Origin: Candidatus Latescibacterota bacterium
GTDB taxonomy: Bacteria > Latescibacterota > UBA2968 > GCA-2709665
Direction: 5' to 3'
Assembly: GCA_963662665.2 (NCBI GenBank)
Contig: CAXXJS010000019.1
Location: 23,450-87,449 of the forward strand
DNA length: 64,000 nt
Shown here: positions 41,656 through 51,273 of the stretch, piece by piece
How the letters are laid out: every line of letters begins with the position of its first letter
Numbering within the stretch: position 1 is the first letter of the stretch
Program-made: the position numbers and the translations under genes
The notes under the pieces: generated by a model
Database searches by the model: none
What the model saw: only the letters and a program-made list of their open reading frames with translations
What the model was told of the DNA's origin: nothing

Positions 41656-43026
41656 ATGAAGAGAGAACACATCTGGGCGCACCATGAATGGGATGCAACG
41701 ATAAACTGGAAATTGATGGAGGGCGGTTATGCGGACCTGCAGAGCGTGAGGCCCGGTGAGGAGATTGCGTTTCACATATCAAATTCACGTTCGTACTACG
41801 AGATATTCATCTTCCGCGAAGGCGCCAGGCGGGAGTTGGTGAAGACAATCGAGGGCCTGCGGGGAACGCTTCAGGACGTCCCTGAGATGGGCTATCAGGA
41901 TGGATTCGGGTGGGCACGTACCGTGTCGTTCGTTGTTCCGGATTCATGGAAGAGCGGAATCTATATAGCAACGTTTCCCACGGGACAGGGTCTGCGGGAG
42001 ATCTTTTTCGTAGTACGCCCCGGGACTCCGGAAGCGCCTTTGCTGCTGACGGTTGCGACGAATACCTACCAGGCCTACAACAACGTTGGCGGCAAGTGCT
42101 TCTACGACTACATCTCCACCGAGCGGCAGCACGCCAAGCTGCTGAGTTTCGAACGCCCCCTTCAAATGGAATGCCTGGGCAACTTCTACATCTGGGATCA
42201 GTTTTTCACGTCCTGGCTGGACGCGGAGGGATACAGCGCTGACTACTGCGTAAACGGCGACCACGACGCGGAACCCGACATCCTGAAAGACTACCGGGCG
42301 AACGTGCGTTTCTGTCACGATGAATACAACAGCCGCAACGAATGCGAACAGTCGCAGCGATTCGTTCAGGATGGGGGCAATCTGATTCTGTTCGGGGGAA
42401 ATTGTTTCTGCAACGAGATCGAATTGAGAAATCAGGGAAGGCAGATCTATTGTTCAAAACCCTACTATCATGATCATCCCACACCGGAACGGCCCGACAC
42501 GTCGTTTCTGTGTTTTCTGGATGATTTGCGCCAGCGTACAATCGGCGTGTTCTATACCTCGTTTATCCACACCAAGACACCGGATCCGAACGTGTTCCTT
42601 GCCCCCACTACAGAGGACTGGGGGTACTACCGCGTATGCGATCCGGACCACTGGGTATTTGAGGGTACGGGATTGGCCGAGGGGGACGAATTCGGACGTG
42701 AGGATTCGATCGTCGGCGTGGAGGCGGATGCGGCCGACCTGAAATTCGAAAACGGACGGCCGCGGTACACCGGAACGGACGGCGTGTCTCCTGAATACAA
42801 AATCGTGGCCATTGCGAATTGCATGACGCCCGACGGGCACCGTCTGGTCAAGGAGGGGGGAAAGGAGGGCGTTGTCCCATGCTACGGAACGGTGGCCATA
42901 AATGAAACCGAATTCAAGGGTACGGTCTTCAACGCCGCCACAATCGAATGGGCCCACGGGTTGTACCGTGACGGGAGCATGGTGGCCACGATCACGCGTA
43001 ACGTTCTGAACAGGCTGGCGACGTAG
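41656..43026 (+). CDS. N,N-dimethylformamidase beta-subunit-like domain protein
   Basis: SVRPGEEI.FH, WKSGIY, TNTYQAYN..GG, LSFERP, HDEY, DHWVF.GTGL..GD.FG, ITRNVL. Confidence 0.8.
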   Translation: MKREHIWAHHEWDATINWKLMEGGYADLQSVRPGEEIAFHISNSRSYYEIFIFREGARRELVKTIEGLRGTLQDVPEMGYQDGFGWARTVSFVVPDSWKSGIYIATFPTGQGLREIFFVVRPGTPEAPLLLTVATNTYQAYNNVGGKCFYDYISTERQHAKLLSFERPLQMECLGNFYIWDQFFTSWLDAEGYSADYCVNGDHDAEPDILKDYRANVRFCHDEYNSRNECEQSQRFVQDGGNLILFGGNCFCNEIELRNQGRQIYCSKPYYHDHPTPERPDTSFLCFLDDLRQRTIGVFYTSFIHTKTPDPNVFLAPTTEDWGYYRVCDPDHWVFEGTGLAEGDEFGREDSIVGVEADAADLKFENGRPRYTGTDGVSPEYKIVAIANCMTPDGHRLVKEGGKEGVVPCYGTVAINETEFKGTVFNAATIEWAHGLYRDGSMVATITRNVLNRLAT

Positions 43027-43086
43027 CGCGAGTCGATCGGAATTCAAGCTGCATCGCTTCCGGAATCTTTAAACCGGGTACCAATA

Positions 43087-44754
43087 ATGTCGGACGTGGT
43101 TGTTCGAATTCAACTGGACCTGAGAATCCCGATGAGAGACGGGGTGAACCTCTACGGAACGGTATACCGCCCCCCGGAGGGAGAGCGGTTTCCCGTTCTG
43201 CTGATCCGGTCGCCCTACAGTACGCAGCACCCCAGGTACGTGGAATGGGGGGTGCGTTTCGCCAGGTCGGGATACGCGGTCGTGATGGTCGACAGCAGGG
43301 GGCGTTACGAGTCGGAGGGGCAGTGGCGGGCGTACGTGGACGAGGCACGCGACGGCTATGACACGCAGCAATGGATCGGGGCGCAGGGGTGGTGCGACGG
43401 GAATATCGGGATGTTCGGGATTTCCTATCCGGGGTTTACCCAGATCCTGCCGGCACCGTTTCGAAGTCCGTTCGTGAAGGGACTTATGCCCATCGCGAAC
43501 CAGGAGGACAATTACGGGCACCTGCGCTACAACGGCGTCCTCCAGTTGCAGAATGCAATGAACTGGATCTGGCTCGGCGAACGGACGAACCAGAATGCCC
43601 CGCGTGACCTGCTGGACTGGGATCGGATCTACCGCCGGCTGCCGCTGGTCTCGGCAATGGACGGCATCGCGGACCGACCGTTCTTCAGGGAGGTGGTCAG
43701 GCACAATGAATTTGACGCGTTCTGGTCGTCATACAGCATGAAGGGCCGGTACAGAGACGTGGAAACGCCGGCCTATTTCGTGACCGGCTGGTATGATAAT
43801 CTTGTACACGAGGGATTCAAGTGTTTCCGCGGCTGGCGAAAGCAGGCGGGAAACGCCAGCGCCCGTCGACTGACCCGTCTGATGGTCGGGCCCTGGACGC
43901 ACTCGGGTATCGGCAGCGCTGAACCGTTTGGGGAAATCGATTTCGGTTCGAACGCTGCAGTGGATATTCCCGGTGAACATCTGCGATGGTACGATCAGCG
44001 GCTGCGCGGGATCGATACCGGGATCGATTCGGAACCGTCTGTCCGAATTTTCGTGATGGGCGCGGACGTCTGGCGCTGGGAAAACGAGTGGCCTTTGGCG
44101 CGAACGAAGTATACAAGGTACTATCTACACAGCGGCGGCAGAGCCAATTCGCTCCACGGCGATGGGGAACTCAATCTTGAAGCTCCGGAAGACGAACACG
44201 CTGATCGGTTCGACTACGACCCCCATGATCCGGTACCGACCGTGGGCGGGCAGAGCATGTTCCCGGCCAACACGGGTCCAAGAGATCGACGAGCCGTGGA
44301 AGGCCGGGATGATGTGCTGGTATATACGACGGATACGTTGGCGTCGGACGTGGAAGTGACCGGCCTGGTGGAACTCATCCTGTTTGCCGCGTCGGATGCA
44401 CGCGATACAGATTATACGGCTACCCTCGTTGATGTATATCCGGATGGCAGGGCGATTCAGATTACGGAGGGCATCGTGCGGGCTCGATTCCGGAAATCAT
44501 TTTCCAAACCGAGTCTGATTCGGCCAGGGGCGGTGGTGGAATTCCGGATCGTACTCTGGGAAACCAGCAATCTGTTCAGGGCTGCCCATCGGATCCGGCT
44601 GGAAGTTTCCAGCAGTAATTTTCCGCGTTTCGACCGGAATCTGAACACGGGAAATACCCCGGGGCTGGACGATGACGTAAGGGTCGCCCGCCAGACGATT
44701 CATCATAGCAGCCAATATGCTTCTTACATGCGTTTGCCGGTGATTCCCGGATGA
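43087..44754 (+). CDS. CocE/NonD (X-Pro dipeptidyl-peptidase-like) serine hydrolase
   Basis: MRDGV.L, RSPY, GISY.G, GWYD, GPWTH, SSSNFPRFDRN. Confidence 0.92.
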   Translation: MSDVVVRIQLDLRIPMRDGVNLYGTVYRPPEGERFPVLLIRSPYSTQHPRYVEWGVRFARSGYAVVMVDSRGRYESEGQWRAYVDEARDGYDTQQWIGAQGWCDGNIGMFGISYPGFTQILPAPFRSPFVKGLMPIANQEDNYGHLRYNGVLQLQNAMNWIWLGERTNQNAPRDLLDWDRIYRRLPLVSAMDGIADRPFFREVVRHNEFDAFWSSYSMKGRYRDVETPAYFVTGWYDNLVHEGFKCFRGWRKQAGNASARRLTRLMVGPWTHSGIGSAEPFGEIDFGSNAAVDIPGEHLRWYDQRLRGIDTGIDSEPSVRIFVMGADVWRWENEWPLARTKYTRYYLHSGGRANSLHGDGELNLEAPEDEHADRFDYDPHDPVPTVGGQSMFPANTGPRDRRAVEGRDDVLVYTTDTLASDVEVTGLVELILFAASDARDTDYTATLVDVYPDGRAIQITEGIVRARFRKSFSKPSLIRPGAVVEFRIVLWETSNLFRAAHRIRLEVSSSNFPRFDRNLNTGNTPGLDDDVRVARQTIHHSSQYASYMRLPVIPG

Positions 44755-46847
44755 ATGAACCATCGTATCGAATCGGCGCCGATGTCGGCGGAACGTTCAC
44801 CGACGTGATCCTCATGGATCGTGAGGGGAACATATGGACTCACAAGATCCCCTCCACGCCGCCGAATTTCGAGCGGTCCGTACTGGATGCAATCGGGCGA
44901 CTGCTGCGGCAGTCCGCCGTACCCGGAGGCTCGATTCGGGACGTATCACATGGGACCACCGTGGCGACCAACGCCGTCTTGGAGCGTCGAGGCGCTACGA
45001 CAGCGCTGATTACCACCCGCGGATTTCGCGACGTGCTGGAATTGCGGCGCATCAGGGCGCCACAGATGTACGATCTGTTTTTCGACAAGCCCGAGCCCAT
45101 CGTGGAGCGGTTTCTGAGGTTTGAGGTGACGGAGCGCATTACCGCTGGCGGGGACGTATTGGCGCCCCTGGATGAAGTGGAACTCGAGGCCGTCAGAGCG
45201 GCTTTGGTACAGGAGCAGGTGGAGTCGATTGCGGTCTGCACGCTCCACTCCTACGCCTATCCGCGCCACGAACAGGCCATCGGCGAATTTCTCCGAAACG
45301 CGCTTCCGGACGTACCGGTGTCTCTATCCTCTGAGATTCTTCCGGAACGGCGGGAGTACGAGCGTACGGCAACCACGGTTCTGAACGCCTACGTGCGTCC
45401 GGTGATGCAGCGTTATCTCCGGGCAATGCGGGACGGTTTGCAGGGGGAGGGAATTCTGGCGCCGGTGCTGATTATGCAGTCGGCGGGCGGGTTGACGCCG
45501 GAGGCGGATGCGGCGAGTCGACCGGTCTTTGTACTCGAGTCCGGCCCGGCGGCGGGAGTCTTTGCGGCCCGTTCCGCGGGAGAACAACTTGGTATCGGCG
45601 ACCTGATCACGTTCGATATGGGAGGCACTACGGCAAAGGCGTCCATCGTCGAAGAAGGGGAGATTTCCTACAGCCCGGAATACGAAGTGGGTGCAACCGT
45701 GTCGGCCGGAAACAGGCTGGTGGGTGGAGGCGGTGAGCTTATCCGCGCGCCGAGTATCGACATCGCGGAGGTGGGATCGGGTGGTGGCAGCGTGGCCTAC
45801 CTGGATCGTGCGGGCGGGCTGCGGGTTGGCCCCAGAAGCGCGGGGGCGGTGCCGGGTCCCGCCTGTTACGGCCGCGGGGGGAAGGAGCCCACCGTTACCG
45901 ACGCGAACGTGGTGCTGGGATATATCCGGCCGGGCGAACTGGCCGACGGGAAAGTTTCCGTAGACCCTGAGGCCGCGAGAAGGATCGTCCAGGATCGGAT
46001 CGCGGATCCTCTGGGCCTGGACCTGTTCGAAGCCGCCGAAGGCATACACCGGATCGCCAATGCCCGGTCCATGCGGGCGCTTCGGGCCGTGTCCACGGAG
46101 CGGGGCCGTGATCCGAGGGCGTTCTCCCTGATTGCGTTTGGGGGTTCCGGTCCGATTCATGCCGCGGGACTGGCGAGGGAGCTTCTCAGTCCCAGCGTCT
46201 TCGTGCCTCCGTTGCCGGGGTTGTTCAGCGCGCTGGGGCTTCTGTACTCGGGCGTAGAGCATCACGACGTGTTCAGTTGCCTGCTCTCCGGCGACGGCCT
46301 GAATGCCGGAACGCTGGGTGCAATTCAGAAGAATCTGAAAGAGAGGATGCTGGCCCGGTTCGAGTTTGAGGGTTTTGCTTCCGAACGGGTGGCGATGAAT
46401 GACAGTGTCGACGTGCGCTTCAGAGGCCAGGCTTCGGAAATCCGGATTCCCGTGCCGGATTCGCCGGCAACGGATGCCACTGTACACGGGCTCCGCAAGG
46501 CATTTAAAAGCGCGCACGTGCAGCAGTACGGACATTCGTCGGACGCCGACAATCCGATTGAGGTGGTTGCCGCTCGTCTGATCGGAAGAACCGCACAGCC
46601 CGAACGGAGTGGACGGATACGATCGGCGCCGCGGGGTGGGCGAAAGACGTCCGCACGTACGGCATATTTCGGTAAGCCATGGGGAAGGATGGAAACCCCT
46701 GTGATCGAACGCGCAGAGCTTACCGAGCCCCGGGTCGGACCCCTGCTGATCGACGAGTACGACTCAACGATTGTGGTCCCTCCCGACATGCGCGTGTATC
46801 GAGACAGGCGGGACTTTGTGACCCTGGAGGCGACCGGGGCGTCGTGA
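44751..46847 (+). CDS. hydantoinase A / oxoprolinase subunit
   Basis: DVGGTFTD, HGTTVATN, ESGPAAG, DMGGTT, SAGA.PGPACY, FGGSGP.H. Confidence 0.93.
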   Translation: MNEPSYRIGADVGGTFTDVILMDREGNIWTHKIPSTPPNFERSVLDAIGRLLRQSAVPGGSIRDVSHGTTVATNAVLERRGATTALITTRGFRDVLELRRIRAPQMYDLFFDKPEPIVERFLRFEVTERITAGGDVLAPLDEVELEAVRAALVQEQVESIAVCTLHSYAYPRHEQAIGEFLRNALPDVPVSLSSEILPERREYERTATTVLNAYVRPVMQRYLRAMRDGLQGEGILAPVLIMQSAGGLTPEADAASRPVFVLESGPAAGVFAARSAGEQLGIGDLITFDMGGTTAKASIVEEGEISYSPEYEVGATVSAGNRLVGGGGELIRAPSIDIAEVGSGGGSVAYLDRAGGLRVGPRSAGAVPGPACYGRGGKEPTVTDANVVLGYIRPGELADGKVSVDPEAARRIVQDRIADPLGLDLFEAAEGIHRIANARSMRALRAVSTERGRDPRAFSLIAFGGSGPIHAAGLARELLSPSVFVPPLPGLFSALGLLYSGVEHHDVFSCLLSGDGLNAGTLGAIQKNLKERMLARFEFEGFASERVAMNDSVDVRFRGQASEIRIPVPDSPATDATVHGLRKAFKSAHVQQYGHSSDADNPIEVVAARLIGRTAQPERSGRIRSAPRGGRKTSARTAYFGKPWGRMETPVIERAELTEPRVGPLLIDEYDSTIVVPPDMRVYRDRRDFVTLEATGAS

Positions 46848-46878
46848 CTGCCGGCGCAAGGATTTCGGAGAAACTCAA

Positions 46879-48636
46879 TTGATGACTGAAATCGATCCCA
46901 TTACCCGTGAGATCATGCAGAATGCGCTTTCCGCGGCTGCGGACGAAATGGGCGCCGCGTTGTATCGTACGGCCTATTCTACCATTGTGCGTGATTGCCT
47001 GGATTATTCCACGTCGCTGTGCAACGCGGAGGGCCGGATGATCGCGCAGGGCGTGACGATACCGCTGCATCTGGGCTCGGTCCCGTACGCGATGGCAGCG
47101 CTGTTCGAACGCTTCGAGGACGAAATTGACCCCGGAGACGTGTTTATTCTGAACGATCCCTTCGACGGCGGGATGCACATACCGGACATCTTTATTGTGC
47201 AACCCGTCTTCTGGGAAGGCGAGCGCGTGGCCTTTGCGGTGAGTACCGCGCATCACCTGGACCTGGGCGGTCGCCTGCCGGGCAGTTCCGCGTGCGACAA
47301 CACCGAGATCTTCCAGGAAGGCATTCGAATTCCGTGGCTGAAGCTCTATCGCGGCGGCGAGGCCGATGAGTCCATATTTGAGCTGATCCGGGCGAATGTG
47401 CGGGTGCCGCAGATGACAATAGGGGACATCCGGGCGCAGTTGGCGGCCTGCCACATCGGTGAGCGGGCGGTGCATACGCTGATTGAGAGGTACGGACGAG
47501 AAAGGTTTCTGGCCTCCGCCGATGACCTGATTGACTACACGGAGCGGTTGGTACGTGCCGAGATCGCTTCCTGGCCCGATGGATCCCATTCTTTTACCGA
47601 CTACCTGGACAGCGATGGGGTGGGCGGACCCCGGGTGCGAATCCGGGTGAAAATAACCGTACAGGGAGATTCGCTCACTGCCGATTTTACGGGTACGGAC
47701 CCGCAGGTCTCCGGGGCGGTCAACAGTACGCTCTCGTTTACAGCCGCCGTGGTGGCCCTGTGCGTGCGTGCCGTAATGCGCGAAGAAATTCCGAACACGG
47801 AAGGGATGTTCCGGCCGCTGGAGATCATCGCGCCCGAGGGCACGCTGGTGAATGTCCGGATGCCGGGGGCGTCGTCGATGCGCGGCGTGACCGGGTTCCG
47901 GATGACGGACGTGGTATTCGGGGCGCTGTCCGGGCTGCTCCCCGACCGGGTTCTGGCGGCGGGCGAGGGGGGCAATACGCTGGTCATCATCGGCGGACAG
48001 CGGCAGGACCGGTCGCCCTACGTCTACTACGAGTTGCTCTCCGGTACCTGGGGCGCGCGGCCCGACAGGGACGGGAACGACGGTTTGTGCAATCCCGCGA
48101 ACGTGGCCAGCAATATTCCCGTTGAACAGGCGGAGTGCGAATATCCGGTCAGAATCGACAGGTACGGACTGGTCTGCGACAGCGGGGGCGCCGGTAGATA
48201 TCGGGGCGGGCTGGCGATCGAGCGGGAGTGGACCCTGCTCGCCGGCAAGGCGCATCTGGCGATCCGGTCCGACCGAAGAGACCACCTGCCATATGGATTG
48301 TACGGGGGCGGGCCGGCGACGGGATCCACCAACGTGCTGTATGGTAAGGATGGCTGCGAGGTGTTGCCGACCATGATTTCAACGACGATGTCGGCAGGCG
48401 ACCGGATCTATCACCGGCAGGCAGGCGGCGGTGGATGGGGCAATCCGACGGATCGGGATCCCGCGGCGGTCGCGCGGGACGTGAAGAACGGAAAGGTTTC
48501 GGTGAACCACGCGCGGGAGCAGTACGGCGTCGTGATGGATCGTACAACCCTGAAGATAGACGAAACGGAAACCGCGGACACGCAACAACGGATGGCGAGC
48601 CAAGACGCCAGGCGTGATCGTCGGGATTCGGGTTGA
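46879..48636 (+). CDS. hydantoinase B / oxoprolinase subunit
   Basis: HLGS, NDPF.GGMH.PD, HH.D.GG..PGS, DSGGAG.YRGG, GGGGWG.P..RD. Confidence 0.93.
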   Translation: MMTEIDPITREIMQNALSAAADEMGAALYRTAYSTIVRDCLDYSTSLCNAEGRMIAQGVTIPLHLGSVPYAMAALFERFEDEIDPGDVFILNDPFDGGMHIPDIFIVQPVFWEGERVAFAVSTAHHLDLGGRLPGSSACDNTEIFQEGIRIPWLKLYRGGEADESIFELIRANVRVPQMTIGDIRAQLAACHIGERAVHTLIERYGRERFLASADDLIDYTERLVRAEIASWPDGSHSFTDYLDSDGVGGPRVRIRVKITVQGDSLTADFTGTDPQVSGAVNSTLSFTAAVVALCVRAVMREEIPNTEGMFRPLEIIAPEGTLVNVRMPGASSMRGVTGFRMTDVVFGALSGLLPDRVLAAGEGGNTLVIIGGQRQDRSPYVYYELLSGTWGARPDRDGNDGLCNPANVASNIPVEQAECEYPVRIDRYGLVCDSGGAGRYRGGLAIEREWTLLAGKAHLAIRSDRRDHLPYGLYGGGPATGSTNVLYGKDGCEVLPTMISTTMSAGDRIYHRQAGGGGWGNPTDRDPAAVARDVKNGKVSVNHAREQYGVVMDRTTLKIDETETADTQQRMASQDARRDRRDSG

Positions 48637-48661
48637 CTATTTACGCCTGGCAGGATATATT
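48633..48661 (+). promoter_or_regulatory. sigma-70 promoter for the ankyrin lipoprotein gene
   Basis: TTGACT-17 nt-TATATT. Confidence 0.6.
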
Positions 48662-48705
48662 TTAATGAACGGAATTATCGGTGATAAAAGAATAGGAGAT
48701 GGCTT

Positions 48706-49497
48706 ATGCGCCGGACGATAGGACGATCTGCCGTATTGTCGATGTTGTTGGGCGCGGTGGGTTGCAGCGCCTCGCTGATGGACCTGTCAGAGCGCGGAGA
48801 CGCCAAGGGCGTTCAGAGGGCCCTGGATCGCGGCAGCGACGTGAATGCCAGGACGCTCCAGGGACACAGCCCGTTGACGCTGGCCGCCAGAGATGGTCGC
48901 CTGGATATTGTCCTCGCCCTGATTGAGGCCGGTGCCGATCTCCACGCCGTGGCCTGGACCGTTGGCGCCCATACAGTCGAAACGCAGGATCGACATGGCG
49001 GATACGCATTCATCAGGGAACGGTACGTCAACCCCGACAGTTCCGGGCCCCAGTCCAGGTTTATGGCGCAGCGTACACGCGGTTCGGCGAGTTGGGTGCT
49101 GAGAGACGGGAAAACAGCGTTGATGCTTGCCGCCGAGGGCGGTCACCTGGACGTGGTCGAGGCGCTCGTTGAAAGCGGCGCCGACCTGTTCGCGACAAGC
49201 GGCGGTGAGATCGTGACATCCGGAATGCCTTCGTATAAGGACTATGACGGGATTATCTCGGGTTACACCGGTGCGCAACCGGAAGATATCGGTCGCGAAG
49301 AGGACAAACATGGCGGCAGTTACTACGGACCGGAGCACGGCCGCGTTCTGTATTACGATACCGTCGATTCAGATGGTCCTTCCTGGTCGATCGGCGGCAG
49401 CACGGCGCTGGATTTTGCGTACCGGAACGGACATAAGGAAATCATCGATTTTCTCCTGGAATCGGGCGCGGGGATGACGCCGTCGAGTTCAAAATAG
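48706..49497 (+). CDS. ankyrin-repeat lipoprotein with long loop insertions
   Basis: Lipobox AVGC; GHSPLTLAA, GKTALMLAA, GSTALDFA, GADL motifs. Confidence 0.85.
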   Translation: MRRTIGRSAVLSMLLGAVGCSASLMDLSERGDAKGVQRALDRGSDVNARTLQGHSPLTLAARDGRLDIVLALIEAGADLHAVAWTVGAHTVETQDRHGGYAFIRERYVNPDSSGPQSRFMAQRTRGSASWVLRDGKTALMLAAEGGHLDVVEALVESGADLFATSGGEIVTSGMPSYKDYDGIISGYTGAQPEDIGREEDKHGGSYYGPEHGRVLYYDTVDSDGPSWSIGGSTALDFAYRNGHKEIIDFLLESGAGMTPSSSK

Positions 49498-49677
49498 GAC
49501 CGTGGAGCGGTCTTCGCCGTTAGTGATCCGGTCTCGTAAAATCGTAAATTTGCGAGACCGTTTTCTATCATGTGCCAGTTGGTTCCCCGGAGTTCGGGAA
49601 TGACAGCGACGAATTGTGGAATTGGTCATTTTGGGCCGGCCGACGAGTGAAGGGTGGGAAAAACGTCAAACGATTCC

Positions 49678-49725
49678 CCCTGAGCCTGTCGAAGGGCAGG
49701 GAAGCGCGCATTCGTCAAGCTCGGC
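49678..49725. repeat. degenerate REP-like palindrome
   Basis: CCCTGAGCCTGTCGAAGGG...TTCGTCAAGCTCGG imperfect inverted repeat. Confidence 0.5.
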
Positions 49726-49809
49726 ACACACTACGAAGTAAATCGAAATGAATCGTCGGAAGAATGGCGACGGATTTCCGGGTGGACACCCGGTCGGTGG
49801 AACGTACTG

Positions 49810-50472
49810 ATGAAATTTACTTTACTGTTGTTGTCGTTATACCTGGGCGCATCACCTGCTTTTGCGCAGGATTCGGACGTGGATTCCACACGGAGTGAGC
49901 GACCGACATTTTCGATGACGCCTACGTGAACGGGCTGACCCGGCGAAGGCGCACCGCTCCGGGGGAGTGGCATCCATACGAAATTCACGTTTTCCGGACG
50001 TTTTGTAGATACAAGCCTGGACCGACCTCAGTGGCGGTTCACGGCCAATTACATGCTTCATCATCGCCTGCAGGTCGGGGTTGAGCTCAATCCGAAAGCA
50101 AAAGAGGCAGGACCTCTTGCGACGCTTTTCTTATATACCGAGACCGAAACACGGCCTGCGCTTTTTCTGGGCACGAGTTCGGATCGAATCGGTTCTCCGG
50201 TGGGCGAACAATCTTACTTCGCGACAATCAGCAAATATATCCCCCGTCTGCGGACTTCGCTGTACGCCAGTTTGAATTATTCGGAATGGGATGACAGGCT
50301 CAACGTTCCCTTCGGCGTGGGAGTGGAATTGGGCGGAGGGTTTTCATTTCGACCCATGTACGATGGCGACAGGGGGCACCTGATGCTGAATTATTACGCC
50401 GCCCGATACGGGGCGAGCCTGATGTACGTATGGCTTGAAACCATGGGTATTTCGTTTTCCGCCGGATTCTGA
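49810..50472 (+). CDS. candidate di-selenoprotein (U40-T-G-U43), secreted beta-barrel-like outer-membrane protein, 220 aa
   Basis: ATG 49810 with signal peptide MKFTLLLLSLYLGASPAFA; in-frame TGA at 49927 and 49936; frame continuous with ORF 50053..50472, ending GISFSAGF; hairpin at 49954-49970. Confidence 0.78.
49954..49970 (+). promoter_or_regulatory. candidate bacterial SECIS element
   Basis: CCGCTCC-GGG-GGAGTGG stem-loop; loop starts 22 and 31 nt after the two TGAs. Confidence 0.65.
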
Positions 50473-50484
50473 CCTGGAGGTTCA

Positions 50485-51168
50485 ATGCATTTTCGCGGTC
50501 TGCTGTTCCTGATCGCTCTGGCCGTTCCGGTTGCACCTTCAGCCGAGGGCCGGATTCCCGATAAGGCGCTTTGCAGTGTCTGCGCCTTGAAAGGCGGCGA
50601 GACAGAGTTGGAAAAGGTCAGAGCCCACTCTGAACATGACGGCAAGGCGTACTTCTTTTGTTCCAGGAACTGCAAAAAGGAATTCGACGCGGATCCGATT
50701 GCTTTTTTGCCCCCCGTATTCCCGCGCCCCGCCCCGGCCTTCGTCGTTGAAACGCTGGAGGGCGCGGACCGGACGCTGGCGGACCTGAAAGGCAAGGTCG
50801 CACTTCTTGATTTCTGGGCGACGTGGTGCGAACCCTGTCTTGAGACGATGCCCCGATTGCAGAAGACCTACGCCGCTTTTACAGACAGGGGTTTCGAGGT
50901 GTGGGGGGTGTCCATCGATGAGGATAAGGATCGGATCCGAAAGATCCGGAAGATGGCGGACAAGCTGGGTATTGCGTATCCCGTCTTCGTCGACGCGAAA
51001 CAGACACCGGCCTGGTACCGGTTCAGGGTGAAGGCGATTCCCGCAATGTACCTTCTCAATAGAGACGGTCAGATCGTGGCACAATGGACGGGAAAGATAG
51101 ATTACGAGGAAGTGGAGGAGGAAATTCTGAGACTCCTGGAGAAAAGGGTCAGAGTCAAAGGGCAATGA
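50485..51168 (+). CDS. secreted YHS/TRASH domain + TlpA thioredoxin fusion
   Basis: Signal peptide; CSVC, GKAYFFCSRNC...F..DP; DFWATWCEPC, AIP. Confidence 0.88.
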   Translation: MHFRGLLFLIALAVPVAPSAEGRIPDKALCSVCALKGGETELEKVRAHSEHDGKAYFFCSRNCKKEFDADPIAFLPPVFPRPAPAFVVETLEGADRTLADLKGKVALLDFWATWCEPCLETMPRLQKTYAAFTDRGFEVWGVSIDEDKDRIRKIRKMADKLGIAYPVFVDAKQTPAWYRFRVKAIPAMYLLNRDGQIVAQWTGKIDYEEVEEEILRLLEKRVRVKGQ

Positions 51169-51273
51169 ACGAATTAGTCCAGATGTATTCCGGCAGTATC
51201 GTGGCGGTGGAGATCCCGTTGGACTGTTATCGCACGCCTTCACCCCGGGTTACGGAATCGACTGGAAGCAATC

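Noticed and set aside
46720-48285. Long antisense or alternate-frame ORFs (this one, plus 1463..2500, 17209..18261, 28271..29380, 31714..32955, 35471..36700, 45324..46535)
   Set aside because: Shadows of well-supported genes in GC-rich DNA, with no motifs of their own
50053-50472. ORF-track starts at 50053 (and likewise 59418) as the true gene starts
   Set aside because: They yield barrel fragments without signal peptides, whereas upstream in-frame ATGs supply them
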